Shown here: in pieces, positions 51,425 to 60,802 of the stretch
Layout: the number at the start of each line of letters is the position of its first letter
Position numbering within the stretch: the first letter of the stretch is position 1
Assembly: GCA_040386695.1 (NCBI GenBank)
Contig: JAZKFB010000004.1
Span: 65,742 to 129,741 of the forward strand
Direction of reading: 5' to 3'
Length of the DNA: 64,000 nucleotides
Source: Verrucomicrobiota bacterium
GTDB taxonomy: Bacteria > Verrucomicrobiota > Verrucomicrobiia > Verrucomicrobiales > V1-33
Notes under the pieces: model-generated
Told to the model about the DNA's origin: nothing
The model's database searches: none
The model's input: only the letters and a program-made list of their open reading frames with translations
Program-made: the position numbers and the translations under genes

Positions 51425-52597
51425 TCAGCCATCGCGCCGCAGCGCCTCCGCGATACGCAGGCGGGAGGCCTGAATGGCGGGCACCGCGCCGGTGATCAGC
51501 CCCAGCAGAATCGCCAGGCCGACGCCGATGATGAGGTCGGAATTGGCGATGTAGAACACCGGCAGCATCGTCGGCACCGGACTGCCCCGCAGGGTGATCA
51601 GCCAGGCCAGCCCCAGCCCGGACAATCCGCCGAGCAGGGCGATGAGGCAGCTTTCCGCGAGCACCAGCACCAGCGTCAGGGAGTTTGTGAAGCCGATGGC
51701 CTTCAGCACCCCCAGCTCCGCATAACGCTCGCGCACCGCCTGGCTCATGGTGTTGCCCGCGACCAGCAGGATCGTGAAAAAGACGGCGCTGAGCACCGCG
51801 ATGATGATGGTGGCGATGTTCCCCATCTGCTGGATGAAGCCCTGCACCATCGCGCCTTCGGGCTCGGCCTTGGTTTCCCAGGGCGAGTTGGCGAACTCGG
51901 CGTCGATCAGTTTGGACACGGCATCCGCGTCCTTGGCGTCCTTCACCCGCACGCTGTACCAGCCGACCATTCCCTTGTCGAGACTGCCGCGGCCCTCCTC
52001 GAAATAATCATAACGGAAGAGAAAACCGGAGGTGTCCGTGTTTTTTCTGGCCCCGGTGTAAATGCCGACGATATCGAATTCCCAGTTGTTGCTGCCGCTT
52101 TCGGTCTGCCAGAGCGGCGAGGTCAGCTGGATGTGATCCCCGATTTTCCAATGCTGTTTATCGGCCAGGGCTTTGCCCACGATGGCTCCGATGCGGTTGG
52201 TCTGCCAGGCCTGCAGCTGCTCCGGCGGCAAAATGAACTCCGGGACGACTTTCAAATAAATATCCTGCTCCACCGGAAAGCTGGGAATCATTTCCGGCTG
52301 GCTGGAATTCATGGATTTATACATCCCGTTGAACCAGGTCTGATGGGCCACCATGGAGACGCCGGGGATGGCCCGGATGCGGTTGCCGTAGCTCATCGGC
52401 AGCAGCTGGATGAAGCTCACTTTGTGCCGCACCACCAGGCGCTCGGCGTCGGTGGCGCTCACGCCGCCGATCAGCGCCATTTTCAGCGCGCAGAGAATGC
52501 CGAAGAGCAGAAAAGCCACGAAGATGGAGAGCAGCGTCAGGGTGGTGCGCAGCTTCTTCCGCTTCAGGTTGCTCCAGATGAGGCTGAAGAATTTCAT
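51425..52597 (-). CDS. ABC transporter permease (MacB/FtsX family), second copy
   Basis: 390 aa beginning [25 protein letters not shown]. FtsX motif ERYAELGVLKAIGF. The start overlaps the ATPase stop codon (ATGA). Confidence 0.85.
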   Translation of the reverse strand: MKFFSLIWSNLKRKKLRTTLTLLSIFVAFLLFGILCALKMALIGGVSATDAERLVVRHKVSFIQLLPMSYGNRIRAIPGVSMVAHQTWFNGMYKSMNSSQPEMIPSFPVEQDIYLKVVPEFILPPEQLQAWQTNRIGAIVGKALADKQHWKIGDHIQLTSPLWQTESGSNNWEFDIVGIYTGARKNTDTSGFLFRYDYFEEGRGSLDKGMVGWYSVRVKDAKDADAVSKLIDAEFANSPWETKAEPEGAMVQGFIQQMGNIATIIIAVLSAVFFTILLVAGNTMSQAVRERYAELGVLKAIGFTNSLTLVLVLAESCLIALLGGLSGLGLAWLITLRGSPVPTMLPVFYIANSDLIIGVGLAILLGLITGAVPAIQASRLRIAEALRRDG

Positions 52598-53295
52598 GTG
52601 GTCTCGCCGGTGGTGGACAGCTGGCCTTTGTCGAGATGCACGGTGCGGGAAGCCCGCGCGGAGGCGTGGGGATCGTGCGTCACCATGACGATGGTTTTGC
52701 CGTGCTCCTGATTCAGGGCCTGGAGCAGGCTGAGAATCTCATCGCCGGATTTGCGGTCGAGATCACCCGTCGGCTCATCGCAGAGAAGCAGCGTGGGGTC
52801 GGTGACAATCGCCCGGGCAATACCCACCCGCTGCTGCTCCCCGCCCGAAAGCGTGCGCGGATAATGATTCAACCGGTGGGAAAGCCCGACCACTTTCAGG
52901 GCGATCTCGGCGTGTTCCCGGCGCTCCTTTTTATTCAAATGCGTCAGGAGCAGGGGAAGCTCCACATTCTTCTGCGCCGTCAGCACCGGCATCAGATTGT
53001 AAAACTGGAACACAAACCCGACATGCCGCGCGCGCCAGGCGGCGAGCTGCCGGTCATCGAGCCCATCCAGGCGGTCGTTCTCAATCTGCACGCTGCCGGA
53101 AGTCGCGCGGTCCAGACCGCCGATCAGGTTCAGCAGCGTCGATTTCCCGGAACCGGAGGGTCCCATGAGCGCGAGGAATTCCCCCTTGGCGACGTGCAGA
53201 TCCAGTCCCGACAGAACGTGAATCTCCTCCGATCCCCGGCGGAAGGTTTTGGTGACATTATCAATCCGGACAAGGCCGGGAGTTTCCGTGCTCAT
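52594..53295 (-). CDS. ABC transporter ATP-binding protein (MacB/LolD-like)
   Basis: Walker [10 protein letters not shown], signature LSGGEQQRV, Walker [13 protein letters not shown]. Confidence 0.92.
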   Translation of the reverse strand: MSTETPGLVRIDNVTKTFRRGSEEIHVLSGLDLHVAKGEFLALMGPSGSGKSTLLNLIGGLDRATSGSVQIENDRLDGLDDRQLAAWRARHVGFVFQFYNLMPVLTAQKNVELPLLLTHLNKKERREHAEIALKVVGLSHRLNHYPRTLSGGEQQRVGIARAIVTDPTLLLCDEPTGDLDRKSGDEILSLLQALNQEHGKTIVMVTHDPHASARASRTVHLDKGQLSTTGETT

Positions 53296-54557
53296 GGTTT
53301 TTCCTCTTTGACGCTGCTGCCGTCCACCAGAGCGGCGGGCGGTTGAATGACGACTTTTTCACCCACGTTCAGACCGCCGGCAACCGTGGTCTCGCCGTTG
53401 GAACTGCCGGAAACGGTGACCGCCCGGCGCTCCACTTTTGATCCCCTCACCACCCACACCACGGCCGCGCCCTCGGGATTCACCACCGCTGTCTCCGGGA
53501 CCACAATGACGCGTTTGGGCGTGGTCCTGGTCCCGGGTGTTTTAGCGGGTTCGGCGCCGCTTTGGAACGCGACCTTCACCCCCATCTCCGGCAGGATGCG
53601 TGGATCCAGTTTATCAAAACCGACGCGCACCTTGACGGTCGCCTTCTGGCGGTTGGCCGTGGGGATGATGGCGATGACTTTGCAGGGAATCTGCCAGTCG
53701 GAATAAGCATCCAGAGTGGCCACCACCGGCTGACCGGGCACCACGCGGTGGATAAAGCTTTCATTCACATCGACATCGATCTCCAGCGAACTCATGTCGA
53801 CCAGGGTGCAGATGCCGGTGCGGGTGAATCCGCCCGAGGACATCGGGGAAATCATCTCGCCAGGCTGCGAGTTTTTAATGGTCACCATGCCCGCGAAGGG
53901 CGCGCGGATCAGCATGTCGTCCATCTGCTGTTTCCACTGATCCACCGTGCGGTCCGCCACCACCACATCGGCGGTCTGCCGGACAATCCTCGCTTTCAGC
54001 GCCCGGACTTCGGTTTCGGCGCGGTAAATATCCGACTGGCTGGCGGCATTGCTGGCCGTCAGCTTCGCAAAACGACCGCGCTCCTCCTCGGCGAAAGCGA
54101 GGTTCGGTCCGGTCTCCTCCAGAATCTTTTTGGACGAGTCCAGCTGCGCTTCCGCCAGTTTCAGACCCGCGTCCACATTCGAGGCGTCCAGTTTCGCCAG
54201 CACCTGGCCCAGTTCCACTTTCATGCCCTCCTCCACCAGCACCTCCATCACCTTGCCCGTGACTTTCGAGGAAACCGTGGCCTCCCGCCGCGCGGCCACA
54301 TAACCTGAGGCGTTCAATAAAGTTTTCCCCGCCCCGCCCGATTGCGCCGCGCCGCCGGAAACCACCTCCCTGGCCTCCGCCGTGCGCACCGCAATCGTGT
54401 CCGACTGCCCGTGCCACCAGAAAATCCCGCCTCCCGCCGCTGCCAGCAGCAAAAGAATCACCACCCACTTCCCCGCCCCGCCCCCGGAACGCGCGGGTGC
54501 GGATGAAGCGCTCCGGTCAATGCGCAGTCCATCCAAGGCGGTTTTCTGGGAACTCAT
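53292..54557 (-). CDS. efflux periplasmic adaptor (HlyD/MacA family)
   Basis: 421 aa. N-terminal TM segment (WVVILLLLAAAGGGIFWW), a coiled-coil middle, and beta-barrel segments (IRAPFAGMVT). The stop codon overlaps the ATPase start. Confidence 0.85.
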   Translation of the reverse strand: MSSQKTALDGLRIDRSASSAPARSGGGAGKWVVILLLLAAAGGGIFWWHGQSDTIAVRTAEAREVVSGGAAQSGGAGKTLLNASGYVAARREATVSSKVTGKVMEVLVEEGMKVELGQVLAKLDASNVDAGLKLAEAQLDSSKKILEETGPNLAFAEEERGRFAKLTASNAASQSDIYRAETEVRALKARIVRQTADVVVADRTVDQWKQQMDDMLIRAPFAGMVTIKNSQPGEMISPMSSGGFTRTGICTLVDMSSLEIDVDVNESFIHRVVPGQPVVATLDAYSDWQIPCKVIAIIPTANRQKATVKVRVGFDKLDPRILPEMGVKVAFQSGAEPAKTPGTRTTPKRVIVVPETAVVNPEGAAVVWVVRGSKVERRAVTVSGSSNGETTVAGGLNVGEKVVIQPPAALVDGSSVKEEKP

Positions 54558-54633
54558 CGGCGCTTAAAAGAGCGTTCGGTCTCACAGTTGCAAGCCCTTT
54601 CCAACAGAATCCGCTGATTCCAGGACCGGCGGA

Positions 54634-54759
54634 AGATTTGAACAGAAGGAAGCGAAGGAAGCAAAGAGGAGGGCGGCGATTGTTATTTCAGATCCGAAAA
54701 GAGAAAAACCCATTTTCTCTCCCCTTCTTTGCTTCCTTCGCTTCCTTCTGTTCAAATCT
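54634..54759. repeat. 34-bp perfect inverted repeat with a 58-bp spacer
   Basis: AGATTTGAACAGAAGGAAGCGAAGGAAGCAAAGA (54634-54667) is the exact reverse complement of 54726-54759. Each arm contains GAAGGAAGC x2. The right arm ends 7 nt from the stop codon of the minus-strand gene 54766..55245. Confidence 0.85.
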
Positions 54760-54765
54760 TTTCCC

Positions 54766-55245
54766 TCACTTCGTGTCCTCAAAAAATCCCGAAGCCTCGG
54801 TGGCCACGTTGGTGTCCAGGATCTGCCAATGGCCGGCGGTGAAGTAGAAATAAAAGGTCCAGCGGAGGGGACGTTTTTCCCCGTTCAGCACATACGTCAC
54901 CTCCCGGAGGGTGCGGCCGGCGGCGCGGGCGCGGAGGAATTCCGCTCCGTCGATCTGGCCGGTCATCTCCAGCACGCGGGTGGTGGAGGCCATCAGCTTT
55001 TTCACCATCTCCGGGTTTTCATCCGGGAGGATCGATCCGTCAAAAAGCTTGCCGTAAGCAACCTCCACTTTCCGTTGTTTCAAATACCCGAAAAAACTGT
55101 CCACCCGCGTCCGGATTTCGGCTTCCAGGGTCGAAGCGTCCAGTTTCGCGGGCACCCTGGGTTCGGTGGCGGGTTTTTCGACGGATTTCGTCTGGGCGGC
55201 AGCCATTCCGGCACACAGGAGAAAAGGAATAAGACGGCGGATCAT
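54766..55245 (-). CDS. secreted hypothetical protein
   Basis: Trimmed to the ATG at 55245 (MIRRLIPFLLCAGMAAAQT signal peptide). The rest of ORF 54766..55983 is antisense to the GNAT gene and low-complexity. Confidence 0.55.
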   Translation of the reverse strand: MIRRLIPFLLCAGMAAAQTKSVEKPATEPRVPAKLDASTLEAEIRTRVDSFFGYLKQRKVEVAYGKLFDGSILPDENPEMVKKLMASTTRVLEMTGQIDGAEFLRARAAGRTLREVTYVLNGEKRPLRWTFYFYFTAGHWQILDTNVATEASGFFEDTK

Positions 55246-55407
55246 ACCGCAAAGGAGCCCCGCCCCCGGCCGCACGCAATGGAAAGCCGCGGCGTCACTT
55301 GCCTGCCTGCCTGCCGTCCCTTCGAGTCGCTCTGATCCCCGTCCCGCTGCGGTCAATCTCCAGCACCCTGCCATTGAAACTCCCCTCCACCCGCGCCTCC
55401 TCTTCCC

Positions 55408-56061
55408 ATGATCCCCGAAGTCCCCACGCTGACCGGCCGTTTCATCACCCTCACCCCGCTTGATCCCGTCAGCGATTCCCCCGCGCTTTTCGACATCTCC
55501 CACACCCCCGGCGTCCCGGAAGCCCTCTGGCGCTGGATGCCCGCCGGCCCCTTCGCCGACGTCGAAGCCATGCGGCAATATTTTCAGAACTGGCAGGCCA
55601 ATCCCGATGTCCGCGCCTTCACGGTGCGGACCCTCCCGGACGGCCAGCCGGTGGGCAGCATTTCCCTGATGAGCATCCGCCCGCCCCACGGTGTGGCCGA
55701 GCTGGGGAATATCTGGTATGCCCCCTCCGTCCAGCGGACCAAGGTCAACACCGAGGCCAATTTCCTCCTCCTCCGCCACTGTTTCGAAACTCTCGGTTAC
55801 CGCCGCATGGAGTGGAAATGCAACGCTCTCAACGCTCCCAGCCGCCAGGCCGCCCTGCGTCTCGGTTACCGCTTCGAGGGAATCTTCCGCCAGCACATGA
55901 TCGTGAAAGGCCAAAACCGCGACACCGCCTGGTTCTCCATCATCGACCAGGAATGGGCAAAAACCGGCCAGGCCCTCGCCCACTGGCTTTACGAGGACGA
56001 CTCCCAGGCGCTGGGTAGTCTCACCCGGCTTGGGGAAGGCACCGCCTCCTCCGCTCCCTGA
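55408..56061 (+). CDS. GNAT family N-acetyltransferase (RimJ/RimL-like)
   Basis: 217 aa. The segments VGSISLM...AELGNIWY, NFLLLRHCFETLGYRRMEWKCNALNAPSRQAALRLGYRFEG and ...RDTAWFSIIDQEW are typical of Acetyltransf_3-type GNATs. Confidence 0.85.
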   Translation: MIPEVPTLTGRFITLTPLDPVSDSPALFDISHTPGVPEALWRWMPAGPFADVEAMRQYFQNWQANPDVRAFTVRTLPDGQPVGSISLMSIRPPHGVAELGNIWYAPSVQRTKVNTEANFLLLRHCFETLGYRRMEWKCNALNAPSRQAALRLGYRFEGIFRQHMIVKGQNRDTAWFSIIDQEWAKTGQALAHWLYEDDSQALGSLTRLGEGTASSAP

Positions 56062-56072
56062 AACAGCGCCCA

Positions 56073-56108
56073 GTCCATCAAGCCCACTCCGTCCATCAGG
56101 TCCATCCG
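56073..56108. repeat. short 9-bp-unit repeat (GTCCATCA ... GTCCATCAG GTCCATCCG)
   Basis: Read directly from the sequence. Intergenic between the GNAT gene and the DUF1592-family gene. It produces the spurious MDLMDGVGLMD translation on the minus strand. Confidence 0.55.
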
Positions 56109-56165
56109 CCTGACTTTCAACGATTTAAAGGCAAGGAGCACTGCCCCGCAGGCGTAGTTCTCCCG

Positions 56166-58178
56166 ATGCCCCCCTTTCTCCCCGCCCGCCTGATTTCCCT
56201 GCTGATCCTCGCAGCCGGAGCTGCTTTGGCGCAAACGGAAACCCCGCTCGTCTCCCCGCCGCCTTCCTCTCCCCCGGGAGCTGCGGCACCGTCTCCGGAA
56301 GCGCCCGCCACCCCGGCTCCGTCACCTCCCGCGCCCAAACCCATCCGCAGCGAAACCGTCTGGAAGGAGGAAATCTTCCCCCTTCTCCAGGAATACTGCA
56401 CCGACTGCCACGACAAGGATTCCCAAAAAGGCGGCGTTGACCTCGCCTCGCTGCAGCATCTGCCCGACGCCCGCGCCGCCCTGCGCCTCTGGTGGCGCGC
56501 CAAGGACCAGATGGACGCGAAGCAGATGCCGCCGCCCAAAAAAACGCAGCCCACCGACGCCGAACGCGACCGTCTCATCGCCTGGATCGGGGACAACGAA
56601 ACCTTCCTGCGCGGCGGCGCGGTCCAGGATCCCGGCGAGCACCGCCTGCGCCGCCTGAACCGCACGGAATACGCCACCGCCCTCCACGACCTGCTCGGCA
56701 TTCAACCGGACACGGTCACGGACTTTTTCGCGGAGGAAGGCGGTGGCGGGGAAGGCTTCGACAATGTCGGCGACACCCTCTTCATCCCGCCGGTCATGGC
56801 CGAGCAGTATGTCGCCGCCGCCGATGCCGCGCTGGCCGAAGTTCTCCGGAAGCCGGACCTGAAATCCCGCCTTCTCCCCACCCCGCCCGGCGAAGCCCTC
56901 TCCCCGGAGGAGGCCGCCAAAGCCACGCTCCGCCCGCTTCTCCGCGTCGCTTTCCGGCATTCTCCATCCGACGAAACGCTGGACCGCTACACTGCCATCG
57001 CCACCGGTCGCATGAAACGCGGCGGCTCCTGGGAGGACGGCCTGCGGGTCGCGGCCAAAGCCGTGATCTGTTCCCCCGATTTTCTCCTCCTCCGCGAAGC
57101 CGACCGCCCCGCGAATCCCTCCGCGCCCGCCGCCGTCTGGCCCATCAGCGGCACCGAGCTGGCGACCCGCCTCAGCCTCTTCCTCTGGAGCAGCCTTCCG
57201 GACGCCGCCCTCCTGGATGAAGCCGAAGCCGGCACCCTCACCCAGCCGGAGGTTCTCGAAAAGCAGACCCGCCGGATGCTCGCCGACCCGCGCGCCATCG
57301 CTCTGGCCACGAATTTCGGGGGACAGTGGCTGCAATTCGAAAAAATCCTGACCACCGCCGATCCCGACCGGGGCAAATACAAGTTCAATTCCGACCTCCG
57401 CCGCGCCCTTTACAACGAGGCCGTGCAGTTCTGCGATCACCTCCTGCGCGGCGGCGGCTCGCTCCTGGATGTGCTCGACAGCGACTACACCTTTTTAAAC
57501 AAGCAGCTGGCCAGACACTACGACCTTCCCGATCTGGAGGGCGACGAGCTCCGCCTCGTCAAACTGACCAATCCCAACCGCGGAGGCGCCCTCGGTCTCG
57601 GCGCGGTCCTCACCACCACCTCCCTTCCCCGCCGCACCAGCCCCGTTCTGCGCGGAAAGTGGATTCTGGAACAACTCCTCGGAGCCCCGCCGCCCGCGCC
57701 GCCGCCGAATGTGGGCACCATTCTGGAGGACGACCGCAAAACGAAAAACCCCACCATCCGCCAGGAACTTCAGGCTCATCTCCGCCGCGACGACTGCCGC
57801 GCCTGCCATGCCCGCATGGACCCGCTCGGGTTTTCCCTGGAGAATTTCGACCCCGTCGGCCGCTGGCGCGACACCCTGAACAATCAAAACCTCGACGTCA
57901 CCGGCAAGCTCCCCGACGGCCGCGCCTTCAACGGTCCGGCGGAGATGAAGAAGGTCCTCCTGCAAGAGCAGGACCGCTATGCCCGTAATCTCGCCGTGAA
58001 ATTGCTGTCATACGCGCTCGGACGCGGCATTGAGGCGGCGGACATGCCGGTCATCGCCAAAATGGAGCAGTGCCTGAAGGACAACCAGTTCCAGGCCGCC
58101 CCGCTCATTCTTGAAATCGTGAAAAGCCTGCCCTTCACCCACCGCCGCGCCCAGCCCATCCCGATTCCCGCCGAATAA
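56166..58178 (+). CDS. DUF1592-family protein with an N-terminal CxxCH (planctomycete-cytochrome-c-like) and DUF1587/1595/1588/1585-like regions
   Basis: Signal peptide, then CTDCHDKDSQKGGVDL heme motif, RLNRTEYATALHDLLGI, GGQWLQ, and the C-terminal CRACHARMDPLGFSLENFDPVGRWRD. Confidence 0.85.
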   Translation: MPPFLPARLISLLILAAGAALAQTETPLVSPPPSSPPGAAAPSPEAPATPAPSPPAPKPIRSETVWKEEIFPLLQEYCTDCHDKDSQKGGVDLASLQHLPDARAALRLWWRAKDQMDAKQMPPPKKTQPTDAERDRLIAWIGDNETFLRGGAVQDPGEHRLRRLNRTEYATALHDLLGIQPDTVTDFFAEEGGGGEGFDNVGDTLFIPPVMAEQYVAAADAALAEVLRKPDLKSRLLPTPPGEALSPEEAAKATLRPLLRVAFRHSPSDETLDRYTAIATGRMKRGGSWEDGLRVAAKAVICSPDFLLLREADRPANPSAPAAVWPISGTELATRLSLFLWSSLPDAALLDEAEAGTLTQPEVLEKQTRRMLADPRAIALATNFGGQWLQFEKILTTADPDRGKYKFNSDLRRALYNEAVQFCDHLLRGGGSLLDVLDSDYTFLNKQLARHYDLPDLEGDELRLVKLTNPNRGGALGLGAVLTTTSLPRRTSPVLRGKWILEQLLGAPPPAPPPNVGTILEDDRKTKNPTIRQELQAHLRRDDCRACHARMDPLGFSLENFDPVGRWRDTLNNQNLDVTGKLPDGRAFNGPAEMKKVLLQEQDRYARNLAVKLLSYALGRGIEAADMPVIAKMEQCLKDNQFQAAPLILEIVKSLPFTHRRAQPIPIPAE

Positions 58179-58269
58179 CTCCTGCTTCGCCGCCATTTGG
58201 CTCCTTATATATTAGTACCGTCCGGCCGCCCTCCCTCCCTTGGCTGAAACTAAATTTTCAAAACCGACC

Positions 58270-59664
58270 ATGAATCCCTCCTCTCCCCTCCCGGCTCTCC
58301 GCCGCCGTCAGGTCCTGCGCGGCATCGGCGCCACCATCGCCCTGCCCTTCATGGAATCCCTGGCCCCGCGCGCCGCCCGCGCGGCCACCGCCGCCGGGAC
58401 GCCGCCCACGCGCATGGCTTTCCTGTTCATGCCCAACGGCGTCCACCCCGACAAATGGACTCCGGAAGGCGGCGAAACGGACTGGAAGCTCAGCCCGCTC
58501 CTGGAGCCGCTCGCCGCGCACCGCAACGACGTCACCATTCTCAGCCAGCTTCAGAACGCCTTCGCGGACGGCGGCGACGGCCACTACGCCAAAAGCGCCT
58601 CCTGGCTCACCGGCTTCCGCGTCCGCAAAACCAACGGCCGCGATGTCGATGTCGGCGGCCCCTCCATCGACCAGACCTACGCCGCCCACTGCGGCCATCT
58701 CACCCGCCTTCCCTCCCTGGAGCTGGGCACCGAGCCCGTGCGCAAAGGCGTCGATCTCCAGGTGAATTTCACGCAGCTCTACGGCGGCCACATCGCCTGG
58801 AGGAACCGTCAGGTGCCCCTGCCCGCCGAAATCAACCCGCGCACCTCCTTCGACCGCCTCTTCCGAGAGCGCGGCGAAAATGACCGCCAGACCGCCGAGG
58901 ACACCCGCAGCGTGCTCGACCTGACGCTGGAGCAGGCCAAATCCATGCGCGGCAAAGTCAGCCAGGCCGACCAGCAGCGGCTTGATGAATATCTCGAATC
59001 CATCCGATCCCTCGAAACCCGCATACAGGCCGACATCGCGCGCGTCGCCAGCGGCGAGAACCTCGATCCCGCCGTCAAGGATCAGCTCGCCGTCCTCAAC
59101 CAGCGCATCGACGCCTTCACCAACGCCAAAAACGCCGGCGGCCAGATGCGTCACGACCACACCGAGCACGCCCGCCTGATGATGGATCTCATCGCCATGG
59201 CCTTCTGGAGCGACAACACCCGCGCCGCCACCTTCATGTTCGGCGTCGATGTCAGCAGCAAGAATTTCAGCTTCCTCGAAGGCGTCCATGAGAGCCACCA
59301 CGAAAGCTCCCACCACAGCAATCAGGAGGAGAAACTCGCCCAGTACGCCCGCATCAACCAGTGGCACGTCGAGCAGTACGCCTATCTCCTCGACCGCCTG
59401 AAAAACATGAAGGAGGGCAGCGGCAATGTCCTCGACAACAGCATGATCATGTTCGGCTCCAGCCTGCGGAACGGCAACGCCCACGAGTGGAAAAACCTCC
59501 CCCTCGTCCTCGCCGGCCGCGGCGGTGGCCTCCAGCCCGGCCGCCATCTCGTCAGCAAAAAGGACACTCCCCTCTGCAACCTCTACCTCAGCCTCCTCCA
59601 GCGCAGCGGCATGGACATCAAACAATTCGGCGACAGCACCGCCCCCCTCGCCGGTTTGGTTTAA
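58270..59664 (+). CDS. DUF1552 domain protein with a Tat-type signal
   Basis: The ATG at 58270 gives MNPSSPLPALRRRQVLRGIGATIALPFMESL (the track start at 58240 is a TTG). Contains GDGHYAKSASWLTG and the typical ending ...FGDSTAPLAGLV. Confidence 0.85.
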   Translation: MNPSSPLPALRRRQVLRGIGATIALPFMESLAPRAARAATAAGTPPTRMAFLFMPNGVHPDKWTPEGGETDWKLSPLLEPLAAHRNDVTILSQLQNAFADGGDGHYAKSASWLTGFRVRKTNGRDVDVGGPSIDQTYAAHCGHLTRLPSLELGTEPVRKGVDLQVNFTQLYGGHIAWRNRQVPLPAEINPRTSFDRLFRERGENDRQTAEDTRSVLDLTLEQAKSMRGKVSQADQQRLDEYLESIRSLETRIQADIARVASGENLDPAVKDQLAVLNQRIDAFTNAKNAGGQMRHDHTEHARLMMDLIAMAFWSDNTRAATFMFGVDVSSKNFSFLEGVHESHHESSHHSNQEEKLAQYARINQWHVEQYAYLLDRLKNMKEGSGNVLDNSMIMFGSSLRNGNAHEWKNLPLVLAGRGGGLQPGRHLVSKKDTPLCNLYLSLLQRSGMDIKQFGDSTAPLAGLV

Positions 59665-59914
59665 GCTCTGAGGGTAAAAAAGACCCGGCGGGACCTTTCG
59701 ATGCCCGCCGGGTCAGAAACGGGAACCACACACGATCCCGCTTCCTCCCTTTTATACGTGAAGGGCTGTCCATCAGGTTGATCAAAAATGGAATTCCCCG
59801 GAAATTAAATCCTCCCCCGGCGGAATGCGTGGCTCAAACGGCGGGAATGCCGCATCGGAAGCCTGAGTTTCAGCGTTTAACCGGTGCGGAATTTCCACAC
59901 GCTCCCCGTTGCTG

Positions 59915-60400
59915 ATGAAACTCCTGGAAAAATACCTGAATGACCACCTTTCAGGCTCGGCGGCCGCTCTGAGCCTGCTCCGGACCCTCGCGGACTCCGA
60001 TTCCCGGGAATCCGTATTCTATTTGAAGCTGCGGGATGACATTGCGGAAAACCGTAAAATCCTGACGCAGATAATGCGCGCGGCGGGATTTCAGCGCCGT
60101 CACTGGCTGGAGCATCTCGCGGCTCTGACCTCCGCCGCCGGCCAGCTCCGGCTCCGGTGGCAGGGGCTTTCGGCGGGTCATCTGGGACTGGTGGAGGCTT
60201 TGGAGATCCTGGAGCTGGGAATTCAGGGCCAGCTGCTCCTGTGGCGGTGCCTGAAACAGACAGGCCCGGCGCTGGGACTGTGGGACGAGGTGAATTTTGC
60301 CGGACTGATCATGAGCGCGGAAACCCAGCGGAATCAGGTGGAAACCCGGCGGCTCACAGCGGCGAAACGGGCTTTCTCCCGCGGAGCGGATGAGGCTTGA
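59915..60400 (+). CDS. hypothetical helical protein
   Basis: ATG at 59915 (the track start is a TTG at 59909). 161 aa and predicted helical. No family recognised. Confidence 0.5.
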   Translation: MKLLEKYLNDHLSGSAAALSLLRTLADSDSRESVFYLKLRDDIAENRKILTQIMRAAGFQRRHWLEHLAALTSAAGQLRLRWQGLSAGHLGLVEALEILELGIQGQLLLWRCLKQTGPALGLWDEVNFAGLIMSAETQRNQVETRRLTAAKRAFSRGADEA

Positions 60401-60802
60401 GCGGCGCGGGCTTCATGAAGGCACAAACCGCGCCATAGAGCCATGCCGTCTGAATGATCCCGCTCACCAGTTTTCCGTGTTTGATTTTTTTAACTGCTTG
60501 ACCTGCTGGTTCTTAATGTTTATTTGATTCGTATTAAATTAATTATTTTGATTCATTAGTTCGACTTTGCTAATTCCCCGGTGGCGCAGGCTTCCAGCCC
60601 GGTGATTTCCTCCATTTTCTTTCATTTAACAAAGTCGAATTAGTCAGCTCTCCCATCTGCGGCTGCCGGGATGCGCAGCGGATTATCCGGCCTGGGATCA
60701 GGCGATCCCGTGAATTTTCTTATTCCCGCTTTGGGCACAGGCATCGGGATTTCCCCTCAAATTCAATCACCCGGACAGTAGAAAAACCACCTATTAAAAC
60801 CA

